This document shows positions 19,011-31,636 of a stretch of DNA of 64,000 bases, in pieces; positions within the stretch are counted from its first letter, which is position 1; each line of letters begins with the position of its first letter. The position numbers and the translations under genes are program-made. Source of the DNA: Eledone cirrhosa (Eukaryota); assembly GCA_964016885.1 (NCBI GenBank), contig OZ024751.1, positions 13,950,001 to 14,014,000 on the forward strand, in the 5' to 3' direction. The notes beneath the pieces are model-generated. The model was not told the DNA's origin. It worked only from the letters and a program-made list of their open reading frames with translations, and made no database searches.

Positions 19011-19357
19011 CACAGACAGAAATGTATATATATTTCTGTGTGTGCATATATATATATATATATATATTACACACACACTAATGTATATATATTTCTGTGT
19101 GTATATATATATTACACACACTGAAATGTATATATATTTCTGTGTGTATATATATATATATTACACACACAGAAATGTATATATATTTCTGTGTGTGTAT
19201 ATATATATATATTACACACACAGAAATGTATATATATTGCTTAGAACAAAATTATTATTAATGTTTTGCTGTTCATAACAATTGGAATTGAAAAATTACT
19301 TTTGAAATTATTAGTTATTTTACTAATGCTTAGATATGTAAAAATGAAGCAATGTTT

Positions 19358-19552
19358 TTAATAATTGTTTCTACTTTTGGCACAAGGCCAGCAATTACCT
19401 AGTACATTACTGGTACTTTATTTTATTGACTCCGTGAGGATGAAAGGCAAAGTTAACCTCGGCGGTATTTGAACTCAGACCGTAAAGGGACGTAACTCCA
19501 TGCTATGAAGCATGGTGTCCGACTCTCTACAGATTCTGCCAATCCACCGCCC
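19358..19552 (-). mobile_element. Full-length tRNA-derived SINE
   Basis: GGCGGTGGATTGGCAG head, B box, core, GTAGAAACAATTATTA tail. Confidence 0.9.
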
Positions 19553-19554
19553 TA

Positions 19555-20346
19555 ATGTCTGTACGTAATGAGGGAGTGAGAGGGGAGAGAAAGGAAGGAA
19601 GAGGTGAAGTGACGAAGTGACTCTCTCCTCCTCCTCCATCTCCCCATTCGTCACAGCGATAGAGGGGAGGAATGTTAGTGTGTTACAAAGAGAAAGAGTG
19701 AGAGTGAGAGAAACAGACAGACTAAAAGAGAGGGATAGCTGGAGAGAGAGAGAGATAGCAACCACGCGCGCACGTGTTTCCACTGTCGGACAGACAGACA
19801 GAGAAATTGCTGGTTATATATTATAAGGAGACTAGCAGAAAACCACCAGTTGGGCGGTTTTCTGCTAGTCTATATATCTAAAACAGAGAATCTCTGTCTA
19901 TCAGCTCACTAAAACTTGAGAACCATCCAACCGATTGTTTTCAAACTTTAGACATGTAATACTTATGGTCCTGTGAGTGTTTTGAGCAAAAATTATTTCA
20001 AATTTTCAATGCCCTAGGGACCGCATTAGGCGATTTAGCGTTCTCTCTATATAATTCTTAGTCTTTCTTTTTAGATAGATACATAGATATAACGTTGCGC
20101 CCTTATAATATCTGTCTGTATGTCTGGATGTCTGCTTTACGTCATTATGACGAGCTCAGTGTGTGTGTGTGTGTATATATATATATATGTATCGTAATGC
20201 AGACAGCAAGACATAGCTTTCCTTCCCCTCTTCCAGCGTCTCTCTCTCTCCCCCTCTTGTAGTCTGTCTCTTTCTTTCACTCTCACTCTCTCTCTACGCG
20301 TCGGACAGACAGACAGAGAAATTGCTGGTTATATATTATAAGGAGA
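19555..20346. mobile_element. Composite of Helitron 5' segments around a CTAG-bounded hairpin (19832-19868)
   Basis: TCTATATATCTAAAACAG on + from 19869; TCTCCTTATAATATATAACC on - from 19831 and again from about 20345; internal homology to 18160-18340. Confidence 0.65.
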
Positions 20347-21100
20347 TAATAACTGTTTCATTACTGGTACTTTATTTTATCGACCCCGAAAGGATGAAAA
20401 GCAAAGTTAACCTCGGCGGTATTTGAATTCAAAACGCAAAGGGCCAAAACTCTATGCTGCAAAGCATGATATCTGACACTCTACCGATACTGCCAATCGA
20501 ATACCTTTTCAAGGATTTAATAATTGTTTCTACTTTGGGCGCAATTATCACAGTACATTACTGGTACTTTATTTTATCGACCCCGTAAGGATGAAAGACA
20601 TAGCTAACCTTGGTGGGATTTTAACTCAGAATGTAAAGGGCCATAACTCTATCCTGAAAAACATGGTATCTGACGCTCTACCGATTCTGCCAATCCACCG
20701 CCCTATAACATGTAATAATTGTTTCTACTTTTGGCACAAGGCCAGCAATTACCCAGTGCATTACTGGTACTTTATTTTATCGACCCCCGAAGGATGAAAG
20801 GCAAATTTAACCTCGGCGAGATTTGAACTCAGAATGGCAAGGGACGTAACTCTATGCGTCAAAGCATAGTGTCCGACCCTCTACCGATACTGCCAATCCA
20901 CCCGTGTAATAATTGTTTCTACGTTAGGCACAAGGCCAGCAAATACCCAGTGTATTACTGGTACTTTATTTTATCGACCCCCGAAGGATGAAAGGAAAAT
21001 TTAACCTCGGCGAGATTTGAACTCAGAATGGCAAGGGACGTAACTCTATGCGTCAAAGCATAGTGTCCGACCCTCTACCAATACAGCCAATCCCGTGTAA
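20347..21100 (-). mobile_element. Head-to-tail array of four tRNA-derived SINEs
   Basis: Consecutive units of about 150-195 bp; the last two are near-identical. Confidence 0.88.
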
Positions 21101-21218
21101 TAATGATTTTAAAAACTGTAAAGCTAATGATAATAAAATGCACTTTTTCAATTCTGCGAAAACAGAATAGTATCCATACTGTGGGTACGATTTCAGCTTG
21201 TTTTTATGTTACAAAAAT

Positions 21219-21575
21219 AGGAACCCTTTTTTATGCTGCAAAAGAAGGAACCTTTTTTCATGCTGCAAAAAAGGAACCCTTTTTTAGGCTGCAAAAAAGG
21301 AACCCTTTTTTATGCTGCAAAAGAAGGAACCTTTTTATTTTTGCTGCAAAAAAAAGAACCTTTTTTTATGGTGCAAAAAAGGAACCCTTTTTTATGCTGC
21401 AAAAAAGGAACCCCTTTTTATGCTGCAAAAAAAGGAACCCTTTTTTATGCTGCAAAAAAGGAACCCTTTTTTAGGCTGCAAAAAAAGGAACCCTTTTTTT
21501 ATGCTGCAAAAAAGGAACCCTTTTTATGCTGCAAAAAAAAGAACCTTTTTTTTTTATGCTGCCAAAAAAGGAACC
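21219..21575. repeat. Minisatellite of about 27-31 bp (GGAACCC-Tn-ATGCTGC-An), about 12 copies
   Basis: Direct inspection. Confidence 0.9.
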
Positions 21576-21717
21576 CAGGTCCCGAAAGAGCCCACAAAAA
21601 CGCGAATTTCAAACACAGACAAAAATTATTTTTTCTTCGTGAGATTGTTCGTAACTCTGTCGTAAGTTCGTAAGTATCATATTCGTAAATAGACGATGTG
21701 TGTGTGTGTGTCTATGT

Positions 21718-21771
<54 letters not shown>

Positions 21772-21865
21772 ATGCACACAGCTGAACGCATATGCATGCA
21801 CACACACACACACTAGAACCACGTAAAATGTACACATGCCCCGTTGTTTCAACCGACGGAGTTTC

Positions 21866-21922
<57 letters not shown>

Positions 21923-22179
21923 GTATCTTATACTGAAAAGAGCTAAACAAAGAAAAGCGTAAATCAAGTTTAGAGGTGGTGAGTCTAAATAGAGTGTGGG
22001 AAAAGGTAGAGAGGACTGCCATATAGGTTTTTATAAAGGAAGAATAATGTTAAAGTTTCCGGTGAGGTTTTTTCATGAGATGAGTTTTATGTAAGGAGTA
22101 ACTGATGCAAGACGACTACAACTACAACAACTACAGATACAACTACAACAACAACTATAGATACAACTACAACAACAAC

Positions 22180-24818
22180 AACTCAAATGGATGAAAGGCC
22201 TGAAGTTGACATCGGCGGAATTTGAACTCAGAGCGCAGATAGTTGAAACGAATGCCGCAAAACATTCAGTCGGACCCCAGTACATGACTGGTACTTTTGT
22301 TTTATCGAACTCAAATGGATGAAAGGCCTGAAGTTGACATCGGCGAAATTTGAACTCAGAGCGCAGATAGTTGAAACGAATGCCGCAAAACATTCAGTCG
22401 GACCCCAGTACATGACTGGTACTTTTGTTTTATCGAACTCAAATGGATGAAAGGCCTGAAGTTGACATCGGCGGAATTTGAGCTCAGAGCGCAGATAGTT
22501 GAAACGAATGCCGCAAAACATTCAGTCGGACCCCAGTACATGACTGGTACTTTTGTTTTATCGAACTCAAATGGATGAAAGGCCTGAAGTTGACATCGGC
22601 GGAATTTGAATTCAGAGCGCAGATAGTTGAAACGAATGCCGCAAAACATTCAGTCGGACCTCAGTACATGACTGGTACTTTTATCGAACTCAAATGGATG
22701 AAAGGCCTGAAGTTGACATCGGCGGAATTTAAGCTCAGAGCGCAGATAGTTGAAACGAATGCCGCAAAACATTCAGTCGGACCCCAGTACATGACTGGTA
22801 CTTTTGTTTTATCGAACTCAAATGGATGAAAGGCCTGAAGTTGACATCGGCGGAATTTGAGCTCAGAGCGCAGATAGTTGAAACGAATGCCGCAAAACAT
22901 TCAGTCGGACCCCAGTACATGACTGGTACTTTTATCGAACTCAAATGGATGAAAGGCCTGAAGTTGACATCGGCGGAATTTGAATTCAGAGCGCAGATAG
23001 TTGAAACGAATGCCGCAAAACATTCAGTCGGACCCCAGTACATGACTGGTACTTTTGTTTTATCGAACTCAAATGGATGAAAGGCCTGAAGTTGACATCG
23101 GCGGAATTTGAATTCAGAGCGCAGATAGTTGAAACGAATGCCGCAAAACATTCAGTCGGACCCCAGTACATGACTGGTACTTTTGTTTTATCGAACTCAA
23201 ATGGATGAAAGGCCTGAAGTTGACATCGGCGGAATTTGAGCTCAGAGCGCAGATAGTTGAAACGAATGCCGCAAAACATTCAGTCGGACCCCAGTACATG
23301 ACTGGTACTTTTATCGAACTCAAATGGATGAAAGGCCTGAAGTTGACATCGGCGGAATTTGAACTCAGAGCGCAGATAGTTGAAACGAATGCCGCAAAAC
23401 ATTCAGTCGGACCCCAGTACATGACTGGTACTTTTGTTTTATCGAACTCAAATGGATGAAAGGCCTGAAGTTGACATCGGCGGAATTTGAGCTCAGAGCG
23501 CAGATAGTTGAAACGAATGTCGCAAAACATTCAATCGGACCCCAGTACATGACTGGTACTTTTATCGAACTCAAATGGATGAAAGGCCTGAAGTTGACAT
23601 CGGCGGAATTTGAACTCAGAGCGCAGATAGTTGAAACGAATGTCGCAAAACATTCAATCGGACCCCAGTATATGACTAGTACTTTTATCGAACTCAAATG
23701 GATGAAAGGCCTGAAGTTGACATCGGCGGAATTTGAACTCAGAGCGCAGATAGTTGAAACGAATGCCGCAAAACATTCAATCGGACCCCAGTACATGACT
23801 GGTACTTTTATCGAACTCAAATGGATGAAAGGCCTGAAGTTGACATCGGCGGAATTTGAACTCAGAGCGCAGATAGTTGAAACGAATGCCGCAAAACATT
23901 CAATCGGACACCAGTACATGACTGGTACTTTTGTTTTATCGAACTCAAATGGATGAAAGGCCTGAAGTTGACATCGGCGGAATTTGAATTCAGAGCGCAG
24001 ATAGTTGAAACGAATGCCGCAAAACATTCAGTCGGACCCCAGTACATGACTGGTACTTTTGTTTTATCGAACTCAAATGGATGAAAGGCCTGAAGTTGAC
24101 ATCGGCGGAATTTGAGCTCAGAGCGCAGATAGTTGAAACGAATGCCGCAAAACATTCAGTCGGACCTCAGTACATGACTGGTACTTTTGTTTTATCGAAC
24201 TCAAATGGATGAAAGGCCTGAAGTTGACATCGGCGGAATTTGAGCTCAGAGCGCAGATAGTTGAAACGAATGCCGCAAAACATTCAGTCGGACCCCAGTA
24301 CATGACTGGTACTTTTATCGAACTCAAATGGATGAAAGGCCTGAAGTTGACATCGGCGGAATTTGAACTCAGAGCGCAGATAGTTGAAACGAATGCCGCA
24401 AAACATTCAGTCGGACCCCAGTACATGACTGGTACTTTTGTTTTATCGAACTCAAATGGATGAAAGGCCTGAAGTTGACATCGGCGGAATTTGAGCTCAG
24501 AGCGCAGATAGTTGAAACGAATGTCGCAAAACATTCAATCGGACCCCAGTACATGACTGGTACTTTTATCGAACTCAAATGGATGAAAGGCCTGAAGTTG
24601 ACATCGGCGGAATTTGAACTCAGAGCGCAGATAGTTGAAACGAATGCCGCAAAACATTCAATCGGACTCCAGTACATGACTGGTACTTTTATCGAACTCA
24701 AATGGATGAAAGGCCTGAAGTTGACATCGGCGGAATTTGAACTCAGAGCGCAGATAGTTGAAACGAATGCCGCAAAACATTCAATCGGACCTTCTAATAA
24801 CTCTGTCAATTCACCGCC
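22180..24818 (-). repeat. SINE-derived minisatellite, 21 units of 123 or 128 bp
   Basis: Unit contains the SINE B-box region and core; array ends in the SINE head (GGCGGTGAATTGACAG on -). Confidence 0.95.
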
Positions 24819-25006
24819 CAATAACAACTGTAACAATATTTATAACTACATAAAGAACTATAACTACAATAACAACATCAACTACACCTACAACAGCTTG
24901 AATTACAATAACTACATCAACACGATAGGAGTGGGAGCAGTGGTAATGGTGGCGGTGTTTGTGATAGGCAGGCAGACAGGCAGGGAAAGAAAATGGTGGG
25001 TATCAG

Positions 25007-25108
<102 letters not shown>

Positions 25109-25394
25109 AGATAAATCTACCAAAATAAACGGTAGTGTCCAATCCGTATGAAGAACTTAATGTAATCCAAATATAGAAGATATCATGAAAAGAGAAAGTG
25201 CATTCAAAATTTAACGATAAAAAAATGATATACATACCAACACACATATATATATCCCAGAAACGATCGTAAAATGATGATTTTTTTCAATGTACGGAAC
25301 CTGTTCTTTGTTTTTATTTCAATGTTTTTAATTTATATATATATATATATATATATAATACCATTTAACATCTCAGGGTATGTCATATATCAAT

Positions 25395-25451
25395 ATATTT
25401 TGTCTGATGAGGACGTACTGTTGTACATCCGAAATATGTATAATAAAATGT
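25395..25451 (+). ncRNA. Type-I hammerhead ribozyme
   Basis: ATATTTTGT-CTGATGA-GGACGTAC tgtt GTACATCC-GAAA-TATGTA-TA-ATAAAATGT; 9-bp stem I including G.U pairs. Confidence 0.85.
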
Positions 25452-25489
25452 AATTGATAAAAAGAACATCTATTTTATTAATATTTGTA

Positions 25490-25542
<53 letters not shown>

Positions 25543-26041
25543 AACGAGTAGGACCCCGACGGCCGAGCTCAAGCCGTTTCGACGGCTAATTCTGGACTAA
25601 ATGAAAATTTTTATCCTGGTATATGAATAGCCGAGCTTCTCAGGGAGTAAGTCCACGTGTATGTAAGTTGGAGTTTATAATGTGTACGTGTAAAGTATCT
25701 AACAGTAATATGTATGTAAGTGTGTATGTATTAACGAGTAAGTATCTTAGTATAATGGACGTGTGTTTAGTGTGAGATAGAGAGTATAAGACAGAGTAGA
25801 ATAAAGGAAGATGGGTGGTACATTAAGGTTAGGGGGGAGAAAGGTTTGTAAGGAGAAAATAAGATGCTGTTCTCTCTGCCAGTGCGAATCAAGTGGCCCG
25901 GCACAATGTGCATGCCTGAAGACACTGAGGTAGCATGTGGAGTGGCCGACGGATCGAAAATGCCGGGAGAATGGAATCGAGTTGCTGACCTGGATGTCCC
26001 GAAGGTGTTCAGCAAATATATATGTATGTGTATGTGTATGT

Positions 26042-26086
<45 letters not shown>

Positions 26087-26168
26087 CGGTAAACAGAAAT
26101 AACAACACAATTGGTACAGTATATGGAAGGGATATATTAGGTTAACGCTTGATATAGCAAGAAGAGGG

Positions 26169-26202
26169 TTTTAACGTTTCGGACGCTAGTCCTTCATCAG
26201 AA
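26169..26202 (-). ncRNA. Minimal hammerhead motif with weak stem I
   Basis: TT-CTGATGA-a GGAC tagc GTCC-GAAA-CG-TT-AA. Confidence 0.62.
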
Positions 26203-26369
26203 GAAAGAATGAGAAATAAGATAAATTGAGGGGACGGGGAGGGGGGGGATTGGAAAAAATGTCTTTAGATAAAAATAACAGGTCCATTCATGTGTTCATA
26301 GCTCCTATCATTTACACATCACATATTGAGCTTTATTTGAATATTTGTCCGCTTGTTCAATGTAACTGA

Positions 26370-26577
26370 AAGTAAAGACCCCCTTCGGTCACGAATGACC
26401 ATGGTTTTACACCTAGAAAGTTACCCTCCGAGGCAAAAGTCCGGGCAAGATTGTTTGTGGAGGACCAGCAGTCGTCCATGTACACCTCTCCACACCACTG
26501 ATGATGTCCAAGGGAAAGGCAATAACCGATACAGCTTGGCACTAGTGACGTCGCAGTTTATTTCTATAGCTGAGTGT
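26370..26577 (-). mobile_element. 3' part of a SINE, truncated at the adjacent element
   Basis: Ends in ..TTTCTATAGCTGAGTG, matching CATTTTTGCCAGCTGAGTG in the SINE at 47430-47759. Confidence 0.6.
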
Positions 26578-27152
26578 CGGGTCGTTGGCGACTAAACTGG
26601 CAACCCCACCAAGGTTTCTTGGTGAGGAGGGTGACTTTGGACATCCTGCAGGACTAAAAACAAAACCTGTCAATGGGCAAAGGAGCTCTTAAGAGTCAAT
26701 GGCCATCCAAAATCACCGGGAGAGATGACCCCTTAGCCTTTGTCAAGGCAGAATTCTAGGAGAAGGAAAACTCTGATATAACACCTGCAACTCTGGTGGT
26801 ATCCAATGATGTTGACTTGTTCTTCTTTTAGGTAAATATCATCTTGGTTAAGAGAGTGGGACTGGCTTTGTGCAGTGCCTTTGCTCACTATAAAAGCTTC
26901 ACGGCACAGGCATTGCTTTATATCTGGAGATCTCTCTGCACTTGTCACATGGTACCATGGGCCCAGCACTATGTGTCAATAATTGTCACAAGTGTAGTGT
27001 TTGTACCAGAGTTTTCAAGTCGCTGGCTGGACTAAAATGTCACACTCGTTCAGCGCATCGGTAGGGGTTCTCCTACATGGATATAAAGTAGTGGCCGTAC
27101 TCGAAAACGAGTTGGCAGCCACCATGTATGTTTGTATATATATGTATGCATG

Positions 27153-27184
<32 letters not shown>

Positions 27185-27200
27185 TGTATGTATGTATGTA
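26578..27200 (+). mobile_element. Internally deleted non-autonomous RTE derivative with (TATG)n tail; second copy at 33416-33961 (-)
   Basis: RTE-type leader motif CTAGGAGAAGGAAAACTCTGA joined to a C2H2 finger remnant (CSVCTRVFKSLAGLKCHTRSAH*) and a 3' tail. Confidence 0.7.
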
Positions 27201-27294
27201 TTTATTATTTTTTTTTTTCTTTTCGTGCAATGGCCATACTCGATAACGAGGGGGCAGCCATCATCATGTATGTATGTATATATATGTATGCATG

Positions 27295-27326
<32 letters not shown>

Positions 27327-27341
27327 TGTATGTTCTTCTGG

Positions 27342-27955
27342 TTTTATAATTTCACAAAGTGTTACCAATAGCGAGAGAGTCGGTTTCTAACATAGACACA
27401 AGACTCTCTCATTTGAATTTACACAACATCAACTAGGTAGATATGTATGTATGCATGCATGTGTAGTTATGGATGTTATTGTATGTGTGGATGTGGATGT
27501 TTTGAGTTGTATGTGTGCATGTGTATATGCTTTGCATCTGTACATGTGTATATGCAGTTATTAGATGCATCAACTTTTGGAATGTTTTACATATTTTTAC
27601 TGTTCCATTAATGGATTGTACTTGTAATTTCCTAACTAGTTGTGTTCTTTCTGTTCCTGTGAAGCCTGGCTTCTCAAGATTTGTATTGAGGCAGGTTTTA
27701 TAATTTTATAAATTCTTACTCTCATACAGAGTTTCTAACATAGATACAAGACTCTTTCATTGGAATTTAAACAGCATCAACTACGTAGATATGTATGCAT
27801 GTCTGCATGCATGCATGTGTGTGCAGGTATGGATGTTATTGTATGTGTGGATGTGGATGTTTTGAATTATATGTGTGCATGTGCATATGCTTTGTATCTG
27901 TACATGTATACATGCAGCTATTACATATTTTTACTGTTCCATTAATGGATTGTAT
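27342..27955. repeat. Diverged direct duplication (27342-27620 and 27695-27955)
   Basis: Shared GTTTCTAACATAGA..CAAGACTCT..GGATGTTATTGTATGTGTGGATGTGGATGTTTTGA. Confidence 0.85.
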
Positions 27956-28144
27956 ATGTATGTATGTAAACATATTAAATTTAAGCCAAAATTTAAACAA
28001 AAGTTAAACAAACTAAAATAAGTCGGTTTTATTCATAATTCAACGCTCAACCACGATTTCGGGAATTAAGAAACAATAAGTTTAATGTTTTATTGCTTCT
28101 CTGAGTTGGTATTTTATCTCTTCATTGAAATATTAGAGACATAT

Positions 28145-28276
<132 letters not shown>

Positions 28277-28504
28277 GTGTGTGTGTGTGTGCGTGTGTGT
28301 GTGTGTGCGCGCGCGCGTGCGCATATATATATATATATATATATGAAGGAAACAAAGAACAGGCAAACAGGAGGATTTAATAGCATAAAGTTATATTAGT
28401 TTTACGCTTAGAGGAAGATGAATCGAGCAATGAGTCAGCGAATCGAGCATCCCTTGGATTACCAAAGGACTGCGACTCTTGGACCTTTTGAACTATATAT
28501 ATAC

Positions 28505-28890
28505 AATTTATTATGTCTTTATTACGTTTATTGAGTGGTGACGCGCGCGTTTTGCTACCGATCAGCTCAAGGTTCGATCTGTTTCGATCTAGCACGACTC
28601 CGGAATCAAAAGCACGTCGGATCTCTGCTATCGGACAGATTCTGTCGTTACCATAGAAGAGGTCCGACGAGTTTTTGATTCCAGAGTCGGGCCAGATCGA
28701 TACAGATCGAACCTTGAGCTGATCAATAGCGAAACGTGCGTCACTACTCAATAAACGCAATGAAGACCTAACAAATCGTCCTTTTATTATTATAATTACA
28801 CTGTTTAGCTCTACACCTCGTTACAGACGTGAATCTATGCATCAAGTGCTCATCTGGTTAACCTTCAGTAACTGCACAACACACTCCCTA
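28505..28890 (+). mobile_element. Fold-back element (arms about 28515-28632 and 28650-28770, plus tail); paralogous tail and arm at 45412-45650 (-)
   Basis: Diverged inverted arms; GAAACGTGCGTC hammerhead 3' half; AAGTGCTC tail motif. Confidence 0.7.
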
Positions 28891-28929
28891 TATAAAATAT
28901 ATACGACAACGATGACGACGACGACTCAA

Positions 28930-29457
28930 CAATGCCTTCTCCTCAGTCGATCGCTGGAGGTCTTCGTAGTCTCGGTTAATTAATGGCTATATCACTAGCT
29001 CCTGTGAAAATAGGACAGTAAGGAATGGACACAATTGGTTTTTCGACTCTAGACGAATAAATAAAATTTGCTACAGTGCTGTGGAAGATAGACGTTAAAC
29101 GCCGCTGCCGCCGCCAATTTTACAGCACTGTAGCAAATTTTATTTATTTGTATAAAGTCGAAAAACCAATTGTGTCCATTCCTTACTGTCCTATTTTCAC
29201 AGGAGCTAGTGATATCGCCATTAAATAACTGTTTCTACTTTAGGCACAAGGCCAGCAATTACTCAGTGCATTACTGGTACTTTATTTTATCGACCCCGTA
29301 AGGATGAAAGGCAAAGTCAACCTCGGCGGGATTTGAACTCAGATCATAAAGGGACGTAACTATGCTGCAAAGCATGGCGTCCGACCCTCTACTGATACTG
29401 CCAATCCGCACCGAGACTACGAAGACCTCCAGCGATCGACTGAGGAGAAGGCATTGT
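28930..29457. repeat. Inverted repeat whose right arm is split by a SINE (29225-29409, -)
   Basis: 28930-29081 pairs with 29120-29224 plus 29410-29457. Confidence 0.88.
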
Positions 29458-29723
29458 TCTGTGTTTCTTTTGTCTTCGCCCACCTTTTTTGATTCAATAT
29501 ATATATATAAGGTGATGAAATTTGCAGTCGAGCAAACACACAGCTAGCTGTCGCACAAACTATTACATTATATTTTTAATACATTAATATTGTTACCTTG
29601 TCTAGACATACAATACTTTTTTGTTGTTGAGGAGTAAGCATTTAATGTGACTGCGCTGAATAATAGATACAATATATGAGGGATAGTCTTTGAAATTGTT
29701 CAGCTACCTAACGAACTGAATAG

Positions 29724-29761
<38 letters not shown>

Positions 29762-29902
29762 AGTTTATGTTGGTTGTATACCAACACCTCAATATGCAGG
29801 CTAGAGCACTCGACGAAGTGCGCAGGTTGTTTTTGTTACTCCGGAGTAGTGTAAAATAAAGTTAAATAAAAGTCAAATGATTAAAATTTAGCTTCGTTTA
29901 TT

Positions 29903-29957
29903 ACTGCTATATATATTTCAGTGACAGCCATCTTTGGCTGTGACCTCTTCAGGCAGT
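29903..29957 (-). ncRNA. Type-I hammerhead ribozyme
   Basis: ACTGC-CTGAAGA-GGTcACAGCCA aaga TGGCTGTcACT-GAAA-TATATA-TA-GCAGT. Confidence 0.87.
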
Positions 29958-30734
29958 TTGAATTAGTATGGTATAGACAAGTACATATGTTGTTTAGGTG
30001 TATAATATTGTCACTACTCTGATATGCCCAGTTCCTTGTTGGGTTGTTAATTCACTGAGGAACTGGAGTCATATGAATTCAAACAAACGAATTTCAGTGT
30101 CAAAGGTCCCCTTCTCCTCTCATTGGTCAGTTATTAGAACATTCCTCATTCTAAGTGTTGTTATTGTTGGAGTTAGCTTAAAAATTGATAAAATAGTAGA
30201 AGGGACAAGGTGTTAAAGGAACAAAATAACAAAAAAAGTGTCAAACTTCCCATTGGTCAGTTCTGAAAGCATTCCTCAGTCAGAAGTCTATAGAATTCTT
30301 TCTGGGGTGAGGCTCCCTGTAGTGTTTTTGCCTGCTATTGTTCAGTACATTTGACCTCCACCATTATTTTGGTACTGTTGTTGGTGTAGTGGTCAGCTTA
30401 TATCTTGCTGCTGCTAACAATTTAGCAGTATCCAGTTTGTGTTTTTTTTTCCTTCATCCCGCCCGCCAGCCACCATCGTAGTGGTGGTGGGGGGGGGGGG
30501 GGTTATTCCATGTATATGAAGAAATATAAGGCAATAAATGAAGAAAACAGAAAATAAATAAATAATATAATAAAATAATTAATATAATTTGTGTAATTTG
30601 AAAATAAATAAATAAATAGAGAATAAAGAATAAAGAATAAATGAGAGATTGGTGAAAAAGTAATGAAAATGCATATGGAGAAGTGAGAAATAATGTAGGA
30701 TGAAGTGTGTGTGTGTGTGTGCTATAACCAATCT

Positions 30735-30892
30735 CAAGGTCAGAATATGTTGGATAGATTGGTATGAGACAAGATGTTAAGATGATTTATTTATTTTAAC
30801 TTGAGATAGATTATAACACAAACACATTGAGTTTGAATATCTCATCTTAACATCTTGTCTCATACCAATCTATCCAACATATTCTGACCTTG
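30735..30892. repeat. Inverted repeat with about 51-bp perfect arms
   Basis: CAAGGTCAGAATATG..AAGATGA versus TCATCTT..CTGACCTTG. Confidence 0.9.
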
Positions 30893-31144
30893 TATTCGCG
30901 ATCGTATTCTTTCGATCATTACCAATATTCATGAATATTATCTAAAACTTAAATCTCTATGAAAATAAATGCCACGACGTTTGACCCGGATATTGAAGCT
31001 ATTCCAGATAATATATCCAACTATCACACTGACTAAGAAATAAGTTAGATAAACATGTTTTCTTTTATGCATTTTTTTTGTTTATAATGAATTAAATACC
31101 ACTGATAGATAAATACAATAATAATAAAAAGTATTTCTTTTAAC

Positions 31145-31276
31145 CTCATCAAATTGAAAAGGTTCACCACTATCTTGTGACCTATACACTGGGATTTCCT
31201 TGATATAGGTCCGGTTTCTCAGATAAGACCACGGAGGAACGGGTGCAAATGATTGACTAAATTCACAGGCCATTCT
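31145..31276 (-). CDS. Candidate internal coding exon of an unidentified host gene (44 aa, phase 0-0)
   Basis: Pyrimidine-rich ..TTTCCTATTCAG acceptor, open 132 nt (RMACEFSQSFAPVPPWSYLRNRTYIKEIPVYRSQDSGEPFQFDE), weak GAG|GTTAAA donor; non-repetitive. Confidence 0.3.
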
Positions 31277-31304
31277 CTGAATAGGAAACATCACGAAGGC
31301 AAAT

Positions 31305-31636
31305 TATTGGTTTCTGATTTAGACACAAGGCGAGCAAGTTTGGGGAGGGGAAAGTCGATCAAATCGACCCCTGTGGATTACTGATACTTTATTTTATCGA
31401 CCCAGTAAGGATGAACGGCAAAGCTAACCTCGGTGGAAGTTAAACTCAGAACGTAAAGAGCCGTAACTCTATGCTGCAAAGCATGGTGTCTGACGCTCTA
31501 CCGATACTGCCAATCCACAATAATAATTGTTTCTACTTTAGGCACAATGCCAGCAATTACCCAGTGCATTACTGGTACTTTATTTTATCGACCCCGTAAG
31601 GATGAAAGGCAAAGTAAACCTCGGCGGGATTTGAAC
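31305..31636 (-). mobile_element. Two adjacent tRNA-derived SINE copies
   Basis: Same head, core and tail as 19358-19552. Confidence 0.85.

Noticed and set aside
26495-26530. CTGATGA..GAAA inside a SINE body
   Set aside because: No convincing stem I, II or III.
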